Below, one piece after another: positions 10,500-22,273 of a stretch of DNA of 64,000 nt. Each line of letters begins with the position of its first letter. The stretch's first letter is position 1. This stretch comes from Alphaproteobacteria bacterium (GTDB taxonomy: Bacteria > Pseudomonadota > Alphaproteobacteria > JAAXGF01). The position numbers were made by a program, and so were the translations under genes. The notes under the pieces are model-generated. The model was not told where the DNA came from and ran no database searches. It worked only from the letters and a program-made list of their open reading frames with translations. Where the stretch lies: assembly GCA_963555825.3 (NCBI GenBank), contig CAUVXB020000002.1:736001-800000 (forward strand). Reading direction: 5' to 3'.

Positions 10500-11548
10500 G
10501 TGTCTGGCCCGAAAAGAGTTGAGTGATTTCAGTCAGTTGTGATTCACTGTTTGTATCTAGTGGATAGATTCCGACGCTTCGATCCCTTTCCAGGCGGCCA
10601 TTGTTGACGGATATCCCCGACATTTCAATATGATAGCTTGTTTGGTGTTGGGATCTATTCGTCTCGATCAATCCACTAGCAACCAGGGAGACACAACATG
10701 TGGACCGAAATCACTCGCCCGAAGTATGAACGCGACCTGCTGCGCTACGCAAGCGACCTGACGGATGGAGAATGGAAGGTGCTGGAGCCGTTGCTGCCTC
10801 GCGCCAAAGCGCTGGGACGGCCTCGGACGACGGCATTACGCGAGGTGGTGAACGCGATCCTCTACCTACTGCGTAGCGGCTGTCCATGGCGCATGCTGCC
10901 CCGGGACTTCCCGCCACGCTCGACGGTGCAGCGCTACTTTTATCTCTGGCGGGACGACGGCACCTGGGCCGAGGTCAACCGGCAACTGCTGGTCGCGGCG
11001 CGCGAGGCCGAGGGCCGCGCGGCCGGCCCGTCGGCCGGTATCATCGACAGTCAGAGCGTAAAAACCACGGAAAGCGGCGGTATCCGGGGCTTCGACGCCG
11101 GAAAGAAAGTCAAGGGCCGCAAGCGTCACATCCTCACCGACACCGGCGGCCTGCTGGTCGCGGTCGTGGTCCACGGCGCCGAGATCCAGGACCGCGACGG
11201 CGCGCCGGCGGTGTTCGCCGCCATCCCCCGCCACTTTCCCCGCCTGCGCCACGTCTTCGCCGACGGCGCCTATGCCGGGCCCAAGCTCGAGGGCGCACTG
11301 AAGCGGATCGGCCGCTGGTCGCTGGAGATCGTCAACCGTCCCGCGGGCGTGAAGGGCTTCCAACTCCTGCCCCGCCGATGGGTCGTCGAGCGCACGCTCG
11401 CCTGGCTCAATCGAAACCGGCGGCTGGCCAAGGACTTCGAGACGGCCATCGAGACCGCCGAGGCCTGGATCTTCCTCGCCAGCATCCAGCTCCTCACGCG
11501 CCGCCTCGCAAGAGCCTGAAAACACTCGATTCATTTCGAGTCGGACTC
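10500..11548 (+). mobile_element. IS5-family (IS1031/IS427-like) element, transposase 10698-11519
   Basis: YASDLTD.EW, GCPWRMLP.DFPP, IIDSQSVK, GKKVKGRKRH, ADGAY and RWVVERT motifs; IRs GTGTCTGGCCCGAAAAGAG / GAGTCCGACTCGAAATGAA. Confidence 0.93.
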
Positions 11549-11675
11549 ATAGAGCACGACGCGCTGCCAGCGCATCGTATTTCGTGTACGGATTGTTCTT
11601 CTTTATCTTCCCGCGGCGAATGCGTGGCCAGGTTTCAGCCATATGCGGGGAACCCTGTAGAAGGGATGGAAATGA

Positions 11676-12245
11676 TCACAGCAGCGCCGAAAACGGAGCC
11701 AGTTCGGCGGCGGTTGCAACGAGTCCCAAGCCGGCGAGGGTGGCGAGATAGTCTTGAGCGGTGACGGGCGGTGCGACCAGCCGCGCTCGTATCTTGCGGA
11801 TGGCGTCGCAGAAGGGGCCGGGCATCAAGTCAAGGTGGTTGGACAGAAAGTCGTCGGGGTGCTGGACTTCGATTCCGTAGGGCGCGACCGCGGCTTCTGG
11901 GAAGTCCCGCAGGTTGGAGGTGACGATCACGTCGCAGCGTCCGACTATTGCTGCTGCGAGAACATGACAGTCGTCGGGGTCGGGAAGGTCGAGTGTGGAG
12001 ATAATCGTTTCGTATCCGGTGATCAGGCAATCCCGCGTTGCCTGGTCGATGAGATCGCGCGTCCGTTCCAGGGCTGCTCGATCACGGTGCGGTTCGTTGC
12101 GGATCAGGGCGTCGATCCACTCCCGATGGATGTCTGCGGTCCATTTCGCGCGAAAGAGATCGTCAACGGCCAATTGCAGAAAAATATCCCGCATCGGTGC
12201 GGGATAGAGAATGTTGGCGTCAAGTAGAGCCGTGAAGCCCGTCAC
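11676..12245 (-). CDS. PIN-domain protein (putative toxin)
   Basis: ALLDANILYP, LPDPDD.HVLAAAI, IVTSNLRDFP and HPDDFL motifs. Confidence 0.9.
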   Translation of the reverse strand: MTGFTALLDANILYPAPMRDIFLQLAVDDLFRAKWTADIHREWIDALIRNEPHRDRAALERTRDLIDQATRDCLITGYETIISTLDLPDPDDCHVLAAAIVGRCDVIVTSNLRDFPEAAVAPYGIEVQHPDDFLSNHLDLMPGPFCDAIRKIRARLVAPPVTAQDYLATLAGLGLVATAAELAPFSALL

Positions 12246-12706
12246 CGAGCGCCATATCCCATATCATGAGCCTGGGCTTCGCGGGTTAGTTGTTCCAGCA
12301 CCTGCTCGCGTTCCCGGTCGATGGCATTCTTGTATGCCATGACATCCTCCATGCGTATCCGGCGGTGCTTGCCGACCTTCCGATGCGGGATGGCCTTCTG
12401 GTCCAGGAGTTTGATCAGGAAGGGGCGGGAGACGTTCAGCACGTCGGCCGCCTGGACCGTGGTGAGCTCGGCGCTCTCAGGAATTAACGTAACGCCCTGT
12501 CCCGCGGCCATGGCTTCCAGGACATGCATGAGCAAGTCGACCGCACCTGCCGGGAGATCGATCGGTTGTTCCTGTTCGCTGTCTCGAACGCGCAGCTTCA
12601 AGGGCCGGTCCGTCCCGCAGTAAGGCGAAAGAGCCTGGTAGGTGCTTCGTGCGATCGCTGCGTCCCGCGGCGTGGGCGGGAGCTGTCGGTGAGCTAGCGT
12701 GTTCAT
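12242..12706 (-). CDS. Excisionase-like HTH_17 DNA-binding protein (putative antitoxin, coupled to the PIN gene)
   Basis: ELTTVQAADVLNVSRPFLIKLLD..IPHRKVGKHRRI; 4-nt overlap with the PIN gene. Confidence 0.88.
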   Translation of the reverse strand: MNTLAHRQLPPTPRDAAIARSTYQALSPYCGTDRPLKLRVRDSEQEQPIDLPAGAVDLLMHVLEAMAAGQGVTLIPESAELTTVQAADVLNVSRPFLIKLLDQKAIPHRKVGKHRRIRMEDVMAYKNAIDREREQVLEQLTREAQAHDMGYGAR

Positions 12707-12924
12707 GCGAGCCTCCCTAAAAGGCGTGACCTGACGGAGCCAAGACATACTAATGAAATAAATGCAGCAATCGAAGCAAATGTCAATGGGGTGGCATTGA
12801 CACCTGGGCCGGGGCGTCGCCTGAATTCATTCGGAAGGCGAGACCCTGTCAGTTTCTTAGTCCCCCAACAGATTCCCACCAATGCTTTCAGTGATCCGTG
12901 CGGCCGCTGACGCTCTCATGTTTG

Positions 12925-13980
12925 TCAAGCACTCGATGGGGCGGTGAGTACGCGGTAGATCTCGCGGGCCACGTAACGCTTCAGGCAGCGCATGATCTCG
13001 CGTTTGGACAGCCCCTCCAGGGTCCTGCGAGCGACATAGGCTCGGGTCCGCTCGTCGGTTCGCATTCGGCACACGACGACCATGTGCAGGGCGGAGTTGG
13101 CTTGGCGGTTGCCTCCGCGGTTGAGACGGTGGCGTTGCGTCTTCCCACTCGATGCGGGGATCGGGCAGACGCCGCACATCATGGCGAAGCTCGCCTCGGA
13201 GCGGAGCCGATCCGGGTTATCCCCAACGGCGACCATTACTGCGCCTGCGTTCTCGGTGCCCACGCCTTCGAGCTCAAGCAGACTGGGGGCGAGCTCCTCG
13301 ACCAAGGGGACGATGAACCGGTCGAGTTCAGCGATCTCGTCGTTGATGTCGAGGATTCTGCGGGCGAGGGACTTCAGGGAGAGCTTGGTCGCGACCACCG
13401 GGTCTCGATAGCCGACCGTGTCCGGCCTCCAGGCCGCACAGGTACGCAGGCGCTGCATGCGGGTGAGGTTGCGGACCTGGTCACGCACTTCCTCCGGTGC
13501 GGCAACGATGGTGTTGTGGAGTTGCTGCAGGGCCGCGCGGCGGCACTTGATTGCCGTCTTTCGCGTTGTTCGCAGCACCCGCAGGGCTTCCACGGTGCCG
13601 GAACGGTCTTTGGCCACCTGGACCCGGCGTCTTGTGCGCGCCGCCTCGGCCGCGGAGATCGCATCCAGGGCGTCGTCCTTGCCCTTGGCTCTTCGGCTGG
13701 CTGGGTCCGGCCCGGTCACCTCGAGCACGGGGATACCCGAGAGTGCCAGGTGCCGGGTGATGCCGGCTCCGTAGGTACCGGTGGATTCCACTCCTACACG
13801 AAGCAGCTCGCCATGAGAGCGGAACCAGCGAAGCATCGCCCGGTAGCCGGCTCGGGTGGTGGAGAACGATTCGGTACCAAGCACCGTTCCGTCGTGGCTC
13901 ACGACGGCGGCGGTGTGCAGGTCCTGGTGGGTGTCGACGCCACCGATGATCTGGATGTTGTCGGCTGTTGTAGTCGCCAT
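12925..13980 (-). CDS. IS110-family recombinase/transposase
   Basis: GGVDTH.D.H, VGVESTG.YG and KDD..DA (DEDD); P..SSGK..RHRLNRGGNRQAN C-terminal domain. Confidence 0.93.
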   Translation of the reverse strand: MATTTADNIQIIGGVDTHQDLHTAAVVSHDGTVLGTESFSTTRAGYRAMLRWFRSHGELLRVGVESTGTYGAGITRHLALSGIPVLEVTGPDPASRRAKGKDDALDAISAAEAARTRRRVQVAKDRSGTVEALRVLRTTRKTAIKCRRAALQQLHNTIVAAPEEVRDQVRNLTRMQRLRTCAAWRPDTVGYRDPVVATKLSLKSLARRILDINDEIAELDRFIVPLVEELAPSLLELEGVGTENAGAVMVAVGDNPDRLRSEASFAMMCGVCPIPASSGKTQRHRLNRGGNRQANSALHMVVVCRMRTDERTRAYVARRTLEGLSKREIMRCLKRYVAREIYRVLTAPSSA

Positions 13981-14265
13981 GTCCGCCCCCTGGTCTATGA
14001 TGGGTGGAGGGGTTGGCTCCGAACTCAGCCGATGTCGGACACGACAGTGACGGGGCGCCCAAGGCCGGGCTCTCATCAGGTCACGATGTCGGTCGAGGTC
14101 GGAACCTCAACCGGTTGCCCCCGGGTGGCCGACATGTCCGGGGAATGACATCTCGGTCGATCTGAGTGTGGGTCAAGCCACCCAAGGGCGGCCGGCCCTA
14201 TCAGTCTAGATGCGTCTATCGCTGTGCGGGTCAGGTCACTCCGAGGGAACCGGCCCGCAGATACT
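13981..14265 (-). ncRNA. Candidate IS110 bridge RNA region (upstream non-coding end)
   Basis: ~285 nt non-coding, hairpin-rich segment between the IS3 remnant and the IS110 ATG; position matches IS110-subgroup bridge RNAs; structure not verified. Confidence 0.45.
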
Positions 14266-14533
14266 CACTATCGCTATGGTGGATCACACCGGCGCCAGGT
14301 TGGCGCAGCCCGATAGCACGGTTAAGCGCCCTGAGCGGCAGGTCGCTGGTCATGCGAGCGCCCACGGCCCAGCCGATGACGCGCCGGGAGTAGAGGTCGA
14401 GCATGACGGCCAGGTACCGCCAGCCCTGTGCCGTCCAGATATAGCTGATGTCGGCAGCCCATTTCTCGTTGGGTGCCTCGGCGGAGAAGTTCTGGTCGAG
14501 AAGGTTCGATGCGACGGCCTTGTTGGTCGACAC
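14266..14533 (-). pseudogene. IS3-family integrase internal fragment
   Basis: NLLDQNF..APNEKWAADISYIWT.QGW.YL..DLYSRRVIGW...IHHSD. Confidence 0.85.
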
Positions 14534-15162
14534 GGCCCGCCGGGAAGAGAAACAGGACGCCGCAGGACTGGATAAAGGGACTCATTGGCGTATCGGCCGA
14601 AGCATCTCACTCGGGGTGGAAAAGAAACTTGACCCCGCAGGAAGCCCGCACGGCGGCAGCGTACGCGACGATAGAATTGAACGGTTTCGCCCCGTACATC
14701 GTCGATCTTGCCGCGGCGCATCCCTCCGAAGTAGAAGGAATTCTCGGCGGCGAAGTCAGCGCGGAGCTTGTAGTCGGAAGCGAATACGAGCACTTGCCGA
14801 CTCTTCAGAACCTGAGTCATGCTGATACCAAGCTAAAGCGACTTCTCGTTCAGGTTCTTGAAACCAGAGTCCTGGGATTGACCGTACGAGCGCTGTGCAG
14901 TGGATCGGAAACTTCCATTTTGGTCGGCGAAGTTGTGTTGGGCGCCCTAGAAGTATTCTTGGCAACGGCGCCAGATCTTCAGGTGATTCCTCACACAGAG
15001 GTGTTTGAGATCGAGATTAAGGAAGAGGCGAAGCTAGACGAACCCAGCTTTCAGGTGGACTTGGAACAAATGAGAGGTCAGTTTTTCTGGCCTGCGAACA
15101 AGTCTCCTGCGGCGTTTGATTATCAAAAGGCGACTGTTCGGTCATTGATGAAGGTAAGTTGA
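14534..15162 (+). pseudogene. Fragment(s) of large hypothetical protein(s), possibly two fused pieces
   Basis: Open frame ..YATIELNGFAP.. followed by ..LGALEVFLAT..; no start codon; bounded by IS remnants. Confidence 0.4.
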
Positions 15163-15176
15163 GCATGCGGAGCTAG

Positions 15177-16214
15177 CGCCATGAAGCGGATCGGAGAGTT
15201 GACCATGCAGGTGGAACTGCTGGAGGCCAAGACGGAGACCTTCGGCCCTTTGGGGCGGCGGAGGTCGCGGCGATGAGTGCCGCCACCTCGCCCGGCACGG
15301 GTCTGGCCTACGGCCTGCGGCGGGTCTGCGCCGCCTGGGGCATGGCCCGCTCCTCGTTCTACGCCATGACCTCCGGCCAGCACGCCGAGCAGCCGCCGGC
15401 AAAGCGTCGGGGACCGAAGCCCGCGATCTCGGACCAGGCGCTGCTGGTGGCGATCGAAGCCGACGTGGAGGCATCGCCCTGGGAGGGCGAGGGCTACCGC
15501 AAGGTCTGGGCTCGGCTTCGGGTCTGTCGCGACATCCGGGTTGCCCGCAAGCGGGTGCTCCGCCTGATGCGCGAGAACAATCTGCTCTCGCCCCATCGCT
15601 GCCGCCGCCGTGGCGGCAATCCCCATGACGGTGAGATCATCACTCATGCCCCGAACCTCATGTGGGGCACCGATGGCGTTCGGGTGTTCACGGTGGACGA
15701 CGGCTGGGGCTGGATCTTCACCGCCGTCGAGCATTGGAACGCCGAGTGTGTCGGCTGGCATGTCTGCAAGCGCGGCGACCGCTTCGCCGCCCTGCAGCCG
15801 ATCTCCATGGGGCTTGCCGGGCTGTATGGCTCGACCGCGGCCGGCGCGGCTCGGGGGCTGGCCTTGCGGATGGATCACGGCTCCCAGTATCTGTCGGACC
15901 ACTTCACCAACCAGATCAAGTTCTGGGGCATCCAGCCGTCCTACGCCTTCGTCGCCGAGCCCCAGACCAACGGCGTCGCCGAGCGGTTCAATCGCACGCT
16001 GAAGGAACAGATCATCCATGGTCGCATCTACCGCAACATCGCGGAGCTGCGGGACGCCGTCCGCGACTTCGTCGAACTCTACAATGCCCAGTGGATCGTC
16101 GAAAAGAACGGCTACCTGAGCCCCGCTCAAGCTCGTCAGGCGTGGCACGCCGCGATCTCAATCAGGCCCGCCGCGTGAGACAAACTTGTGTCCAAGGAAC
16201 CGGGTGCGCTACAC
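15177..16214 (+). mobile_element. 5'-truncated IS3-like element (integrase 15273-16178), close relative of 27699-29118
   Basis: WGTDG, LRMDHGSQY and PQTNGVAERFNRTLK motifs; right end GTGTCCAAGGAACCGGGTGCGCTACA. Confidence 0.9.
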
Positions 16215-16307
16215 AGCGGACTATAGCCAGCCCCGCAGATTCAGCACACTATGTAGCGTGCCCACAAGGGCGAAACCAGTGCGGACTGACTTAGTGGGAC
16301 CACGGTT

Positions 16308-17725
16308 ATGGATGCTATCGAGGCGTGGCTGTACGGGCTGACAACTTTGGAGGTGATAGGGCTGACCGGGGTATTCGTTCTGGTCCTGATCCTCTACCTC
16401 GTCCAGCGCGTCCATAACTTCTTGGTTGAGATCATGGATGCCCTACGTCGTATCGAGACCGACGTAGGCAAGATGACGCCAAACCTCGTGGACGACTACC
16501 ACCCTGACCTAGTGTCCCGATTCCGAAGTTCGCATGATTTTCGCCTGCTGTTCAGCGATTTCGATTGTTCGGAGGCAGAAGCGCTGGATGGCGCCGAGGA
16601 TGTCATCGGCGGATTTGGTCCATTTGAAGGGTTTGGGGTTCTGGTTTGTCGTGTCGATGTAGTCGAGGATGGTGCGCTCCAACTCCTTGGTGGAGCGATG
16701 GACGCCGCGCCTGATCTGCTTGTCGGTCAGCAGCCCGAACCAGCGCTCGACCTGGTTCAGCCAGGAGGCGCTGGTGGGTGTGAAATGGGCCTGCCAGCGC
16801 GGCCGTTTGGCGAACCAGTCGCGGATCGCCTTGGTCTTGTGGGTCCCGTAGTTGTCCATGACGATGTGGATGTCGAGATCAGCAGGGACGTTCGCCTCGA
16901 CGAGGTCGAGGAATTTGCGGAACTCTCGGGCCCGATGGCGCGGGAAACATTTGCCGATGATCTCTCCCGTGGCGATGTCGAGGGCCGCGAAGAGAGAGGT
17001 CGTGCCGTGGCGCTTGTAGTCGTGGCTGCGCCGCTCCGCCTGCCCGGGGCGCATCGGCAAGAGGGGCTGGGAACGGTCCAGGGCCTGGATCTGGCTCTTT
17101 TCGTCGACACAGAGAACCAGGGCACGATCCGGCGGCGCCAAATACAGACCGACGATGTCGCGGACCTTCTCCACGAAGAAGGGATCGCTCGACAGCTTGA
17201 AGGTCTCCGAGCGATGCGGCTGCAAGCCGAAGGCCCGCCAGATGCGATGAATGGTCGAGGGCGCGTGGCCGCTCGCCCGCGCCATCGAGCGAAGGCTCCA
17301 ATGGGTCGCGTCCGGCGGCGTCTCTTCCAGCGTCAGCCGGACCGCTTCCGCGATGGCGTCATCGCCGATTTGACGCGGCGCGCCGGGGCGGGGTTCGTCG
17401 TACAGACCGTCGAGGCCCTCCGCCGCATAGCGGCGACGCCACTTGCCCACGGTGTCCGCGCTCGCCTCGAGACGAACGGCGATCTCCTTGTTCTCCAACC
17501 CTTCCGCCGCCGCCAAGACGATCCGAGCCCGCCGCGCAAGCCCCTGCGACGTCTTGCGACGACGAGACAGCGCCTCCAATTCGGCGCGCTCGTCATCGCT
17601 CAAAGAGATCGTCACCGCCACTCTCGCCATCAATCGCGCCTCCTAAAAACAAATAGAGACATAATCATATCAATTTATCGATCAGGACACTAGAGCCTGA
17701 TTGGGTAGACGGCCCTAAAAAGTGA
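16308..17725 (+). pseudogene. Small single-TM protein gene interrupted by IS630
   Basis: Removing the IS at the CTAG site rejoins MDAIEAW...DDYHPD-LEPDWVDGPKK*. Confidence 0.65.
16510..17692 (-). mobile_element. IS630-family element (transposase 16509-17633), near-identical to 51533-52715
   Basis: [26 protein letters not shown] and [14 protein letters not shown] motifs; TAGTGTCC..GGACACTA ends; TA duplication. Confidence 0.95.
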
Positions 17726-17748
17726 TTTGGATTGAGGGCATTACGGGC

Positions 17749-19119
17749 TCATCCTGCCATGCCGACGTAGCGCCAGCGCCGCCGGGGTGTCCCCCTCGCC
17801 AGCACCCTCGCCAGCGCACCTACGCTCAGCACGCCGGCAGCGGCAACATCGTCGCGACTTCGGCCGTGCCGCCGCTTCGCCAGACGGACGGACCCCCCTG
17901 ATCGTCACTGTGCACAACTGCCTGTGAGAGCGCCAGCCGCGCCAGCCCACGGCATTTCTCGGCGATCGACAGTGGCCCGTCGGCGACCAGTCGGCGGAAG
18001 CCGGAGATGTCCTCGGTGGCGTCGGACCATCTCGCCACCCGGTCGACGATAGGCCACCGGCCAGCCGCCGCGTCTTTGAGGGTACCGATGGCGAACCTGT
18101 CACAGTAGATCGTTTCCGGCGCGATTCCCAAGCTTACAAGATGGTCAATCAGCGTGGCCGGCCGCGACACGCGCAAGCCCTCGTCGACGAGCAGCACCCC
18201 GTCATCGTGCAGACGACGATATAGACCTCTCGGCATTGCATCCTGCCGCTCGCGCTCGGCAAGGTCTGGGATTCCGGGGCAGACCGCGTAGCACTCCGAT
18301 CTCCCGTTCGGCCAGATCGCCCATGCTGCGGACCATGATCGCTCGGCGCCGAGGTCCAGACCTACCAGCGGGCGCCCATTCCGTTCTGGAACGGGTCGGG
18401 CCTCTACTCTCTTCCATGAATCTGCCGGGATCAGCATGTCCTTGTAGACCTCGACCTGGCGATTCAGCCGGTAGGCTTCGAAGGCCGGGCGCTGGGACTC
18501 GTCACGCCTGGCATCATCTCGTTCTCGAAGGATCGTCTTCCGCAAAGAGGGGTTGTGGAGAACGAGAGGGTTGACCCTCCTGATCGTGCTCCAGGCGTCC
18601 CACGGCTCGCCCTCGGGCGCCGTGAGCACGGTTACATGCGTTCCCGGCCCCGCGGACCCCCCATCAAGCAGGGAAGGCCACCAGCTACCGTCCTCTGAAG
18701 GCGCACGGGTGCCGATCATGACTAGGCGTTGCCCCGGACGTTTGCCGAGGGATTGGCGGAGGGCATCGAACATCAACGCGCCGCCCCGGGCTTCGTAGCT
18801 GCCCGGTTCATCCGCATAGATGGTGTGGAACTGCGACAAGCCCATCGCGCGCTTGCCGGAGCTCGACAGGACCCGGAGCTTCGTCCCAGTTGCCCCGTGC
18901 GTCACCGCCAACCGCTGCCCGGAGTCCAGCCACCGGTAGTGCTGCTCGATATCCTCCAACGGCTCCCGGACGAACCCGAGGATGATCCGGCTTTGCTCCA
19001 GGCTGGCGCTGACCACCAGCGTCTCGATACCGGGTTGGAACAGGGGCGACCCAGGCCGCAGGCCCAGGGCGGCAAGCTGGCCCACAACCCAGCTCTTGGC
19101 TGACCCTCGCGGGCAGGAC
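17749..19119 (-). pseudogene. Phage terminase large subunit, 5'-truncated by IS21 and frameshifted near the 3' end
   Basis: PRGSAKS Walker A, IYADEP Walker B, VMIGT, NP, GLDLG (RNase H-like) and YCDR motifs; frameshift in a G6 run near 17895 before ..RSRDDVA. Confidence 0.75.
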
Positions 19120-19703
19120 TGTGGAACGGCGTGCAAAGTTGACCCCTGTTGAGGGGTGATCGGCGTCCAAATTTGACCCCCTGAGCCTGGCTAGTCCAAG
19201 TCACCTCGTTTTTGGGCGGACGAGGTGGTGGGGGATGTTGGTCGTGGAGACGATAGCGCGGATCCGGCGGGAGTATTTCGTCAAGGGGAAGCCGATCAAG
19301 GAGATCGTGCGGGACGTGAAGGTCTCGCGCAACACGGTGCGCAAGGTGATCCGTTCGCAGGCGACGGCGTTCACCTACGACCGGCGGGTCCAGCCGATGC
19401 CGAAGCTGGGGCCGTGGACGGCCGAGCTGGAGCGGATGCTGGAGGCCAACGAGACCAAGTCGAAGCGGGAGCGGCTGACGCTGCTACGGATCTCCGAAGC
19501 CCTCGAGGGTCTGGGCTATGGCGGCGGCTACGACGCGGTGCGGCGCTACGCCAAGGCGTGGCGGTGGCGCCGTTCGGCATCGACGGCGCAGACCTATGTG
19601 CCGTTGGTGTTCTCGCCGGGCGAGGCCTATCAGTTCGACTGGAGCCACGAGTACGTGGTGCTGGCGGGGGTGACGACCAAGGTCAAGGTCGCGCACGTCC
19701 GGC
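19120..19703 (+). mobile_element. istA: Second IS21-family element: left end and istA 5' fragment, truncated by another IS21
   Basis: TGTGGAACGGCGTGCAAAGTTGACCCC end with repeated TTGACCCC; SRNTVRK, GGYDAVRRY and PGEAYQFDW motifs. Confidence 0.85.
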
Positions 19704-22273
19704 TGTCAATGGCGGAGCAAAAAGGGACCACCTCGGCGGTGTAAGAAGGGACCGCTTGGCGGCTGCGGGCTTGTCCCCGTAGTCCACGGGAGGGCCCCGC
19801 GCGCGACGCGGCGTGCCCTCAACAGGCTGACGCGGCGGCGCGCGCGGGAGGGACCTGTGGGCCCACGGGGTCAAGCGTGGGCTGGGTGGTCGGTTCAGTT
19901 AGCAGTCGGGGTTTGACGCCTGCGGCTCTGGTTGAGCCTGTAGCTGTCACCGTTCATCTCGAGGATGTTGACGTGGTGGGTGAGGCGATCGAGGAGCGCG
20001 CCGGTGAGGCGCTCGGAGCCGAACACCTCGGTCCATTCGTCGAAGGGCAGATTGGTGGTGACCAGGGTCGAGCCCCGCTCGTAGCGTTGGCTGAACACCT
20101 CGAACAACAGCTCGGCGCCGGTCTTCGACAGCGGCACGAAGCCGAGTTCGTCGACGATCAGAAGCTTGTAGGTGGCGAGCTTCTTCTGGAACCTCAGCAG
20201 CTGCTTGTCATCGCGGGCCTCGATGAGTTCGTGGACCAGCGCGGCGGCGGTGATGAAGCCGACCGAGAGGCCCTTCTGGCAGGCCGCCAGGCCGAGACCG
20301 AGGGCGATGTGGGTCTTGCCGGTCCCACTGTTGCCGAGCGCGATGAGGTTCTCGCGGCGCTCGATGTACTCGCAGCGGGCCAGCTCCAGGACCAGCGCCT
20401 TGTTGAGCGAGGGGATGACCTTGAAGTCGAAGCTGTCGAGGCTCTTGACCACGGGGAAGCGCGCCGCCTTGATGCGCCGCTCGACCATGCGGCGCTCGCG
20501 GTCGATCAGCTCGAGCTCGGCGAGTCTCAACAGGTAGCGGACGTGATCGACGCCTTCCGAGGCGCACTGCCGGGCGATCTTGTCGTACTCGCGCAGGAAG
20601 GTCGGCAGCTTCAGCGTCTTGAGGTGGTGGGCGAGCAGCACTTGCGGTGTGTCGGTCATGCGCCGAGCCCCGACAGCAGGCTCATGTACGACTTGGCGGA
20701 CGTCATCGCGACCCGGGCGCGCGGCAGATACGGATAGACGTCGAGGTTGAGCCTGGGCGGCCGCCGCTCGATGCGGCACAGTACCAGGTGCTTCACCGCA
20801 TCAAAGCCGATTGCGCCGAGCCGCAGGGCGTCGCCGACCGCACCCTCGACCTCCTCGAGCCGGAAGGTCTCCAGTAGACGGAGCACCTGGACGTACTCGC
20901 GCTTGCCTGCCTTGCCCATACGAGCTTCGAGGAGCCGCCGCAGAGTGATGAAGGCCTCGGGCAGGTCCCAGCCCGCCAATGGCGCGGCCTGGTCGAGGGC
21001 GCCGATCTTCTGCTCGATCAAGGGCAGGTAATGCAGCGGGTCGAAGATCAGGTCCTCGCTGTCGTAGGACCGGCGGTGCCGGGCGATCACCTCGGCCCCG
21101 CAGCTGATCACCACCTCATCGACGTAGCCCCGGATGAGCACCTCACGGTGGCCGTAGGCCACGGGCACGGAATAGTCGTTGCTGCGGTAACGCACCAGCG
21201 ACAGCGAACTCGCCCGTCCAGGGCGCTTATCGCAGGCATCATAGGGAGCAGGCGGCAATGGCAAGAGAACTTGACGATCCCGCTCGAGACGCTCGCCGAT
21301 GGTCTCCTTGTGGCCCCGCAGCCGCGCCGCCTGGCGCCGGCGGCACTGTTCGGCGAGAGCATCGTTGAGGGCCGCGAAGCTCTCGGCACGCGGGACGGGG
21401 ACCAGGAAGTTCCGCCGGATGAAGCCGACCAGTCCCTCGACCTTGCCCTTGTCGTTGCCCTTGCCCGGCCGGCCGAACCTGTCCTCGAACAGATAGTGGG
21501 ACTGAAGCTCCGTGAAGACGCGCGTTCGCTGCCGCTTCCCATCGCCCAGGATCCGGGCAACCGCCAGCTTGGTGTTGTCGTACAGGATGGATCGGGGGAC
21601 GCCGCCGAAGAAGGCAAACGCCGCGTTGTGGCCATCGCAGAATGCTTCGGTCGTCTCCGCCGGATAGGCCGCAACAAAGCAACCATCACTGTGGGGAAGG
21701 TCGAAGGCAAGGAAGTGGATCTTCCGTAACGCGCCGCCGATCACCGCCATCGCTTCGCCGAAGTCCGCCTGGGCGTGACCGGGGGAATGGGAGAGTGGCA
21801 CGAACACCTCACGCGACCGAAGCCCCTGCTCACGAACGTAGTCCTTCACGATGGTGTAGCCGCCCGTGAAACCGTACTCGTCCCGGAGGCGGTCGAAGAT
21901 GCGCTTCGCAGTGTGCCGTTGCTTGCGGTGGCTGGTCCGATCGTCTTCCAAGATCCGATCGATGATTCCCGTGAACGGACCCAGCTTTGGCCGCCTCGGC
22001 GGCGCGCTTCGGCGATACCCTGGCGGCACCGAGAACGACAGCATCTTACGGACCGTCTTGCGGTCTACACCAAACACCCGCGAGGCCTCGCGGGTGCTCA
22101 TCCCCTCGACATGACACGCCCGCCGAACCCGTGCGTACAACTCCACCCGATACATCCCCCCCGCCTTCCAGTCAGAGCAACCCTGACAGAAGGCTATACG
22201 CGGTCCCATTTTGGTCCGCCGCAGCCGGATCGACCGGCCGCTTCAGTGGGGGATTATTGCTCTGCCGTTCTCA
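19704..22273 (-). mobile_element. IS21-family element, 2570 bp (istA 20656-22155, istB 19895-20659)
   Basis: IstA QADFG, ILYDN and KGKVE motifs; IstB GNSGTGKTH and LIVDELG motifs; IRs TGAGAACGGCAGAGC / TGTCAATGGCGGAGC; no DR. Confidence 0.95.

Noticed and set aside
16308-17693. 461-aa ORF, and similar long ORFs at 51532-52824, 27539-29053, 15123-16148 and 12898-14148
   Set aside because: Antisense shadows of transposases fused to flanking gene fragments.
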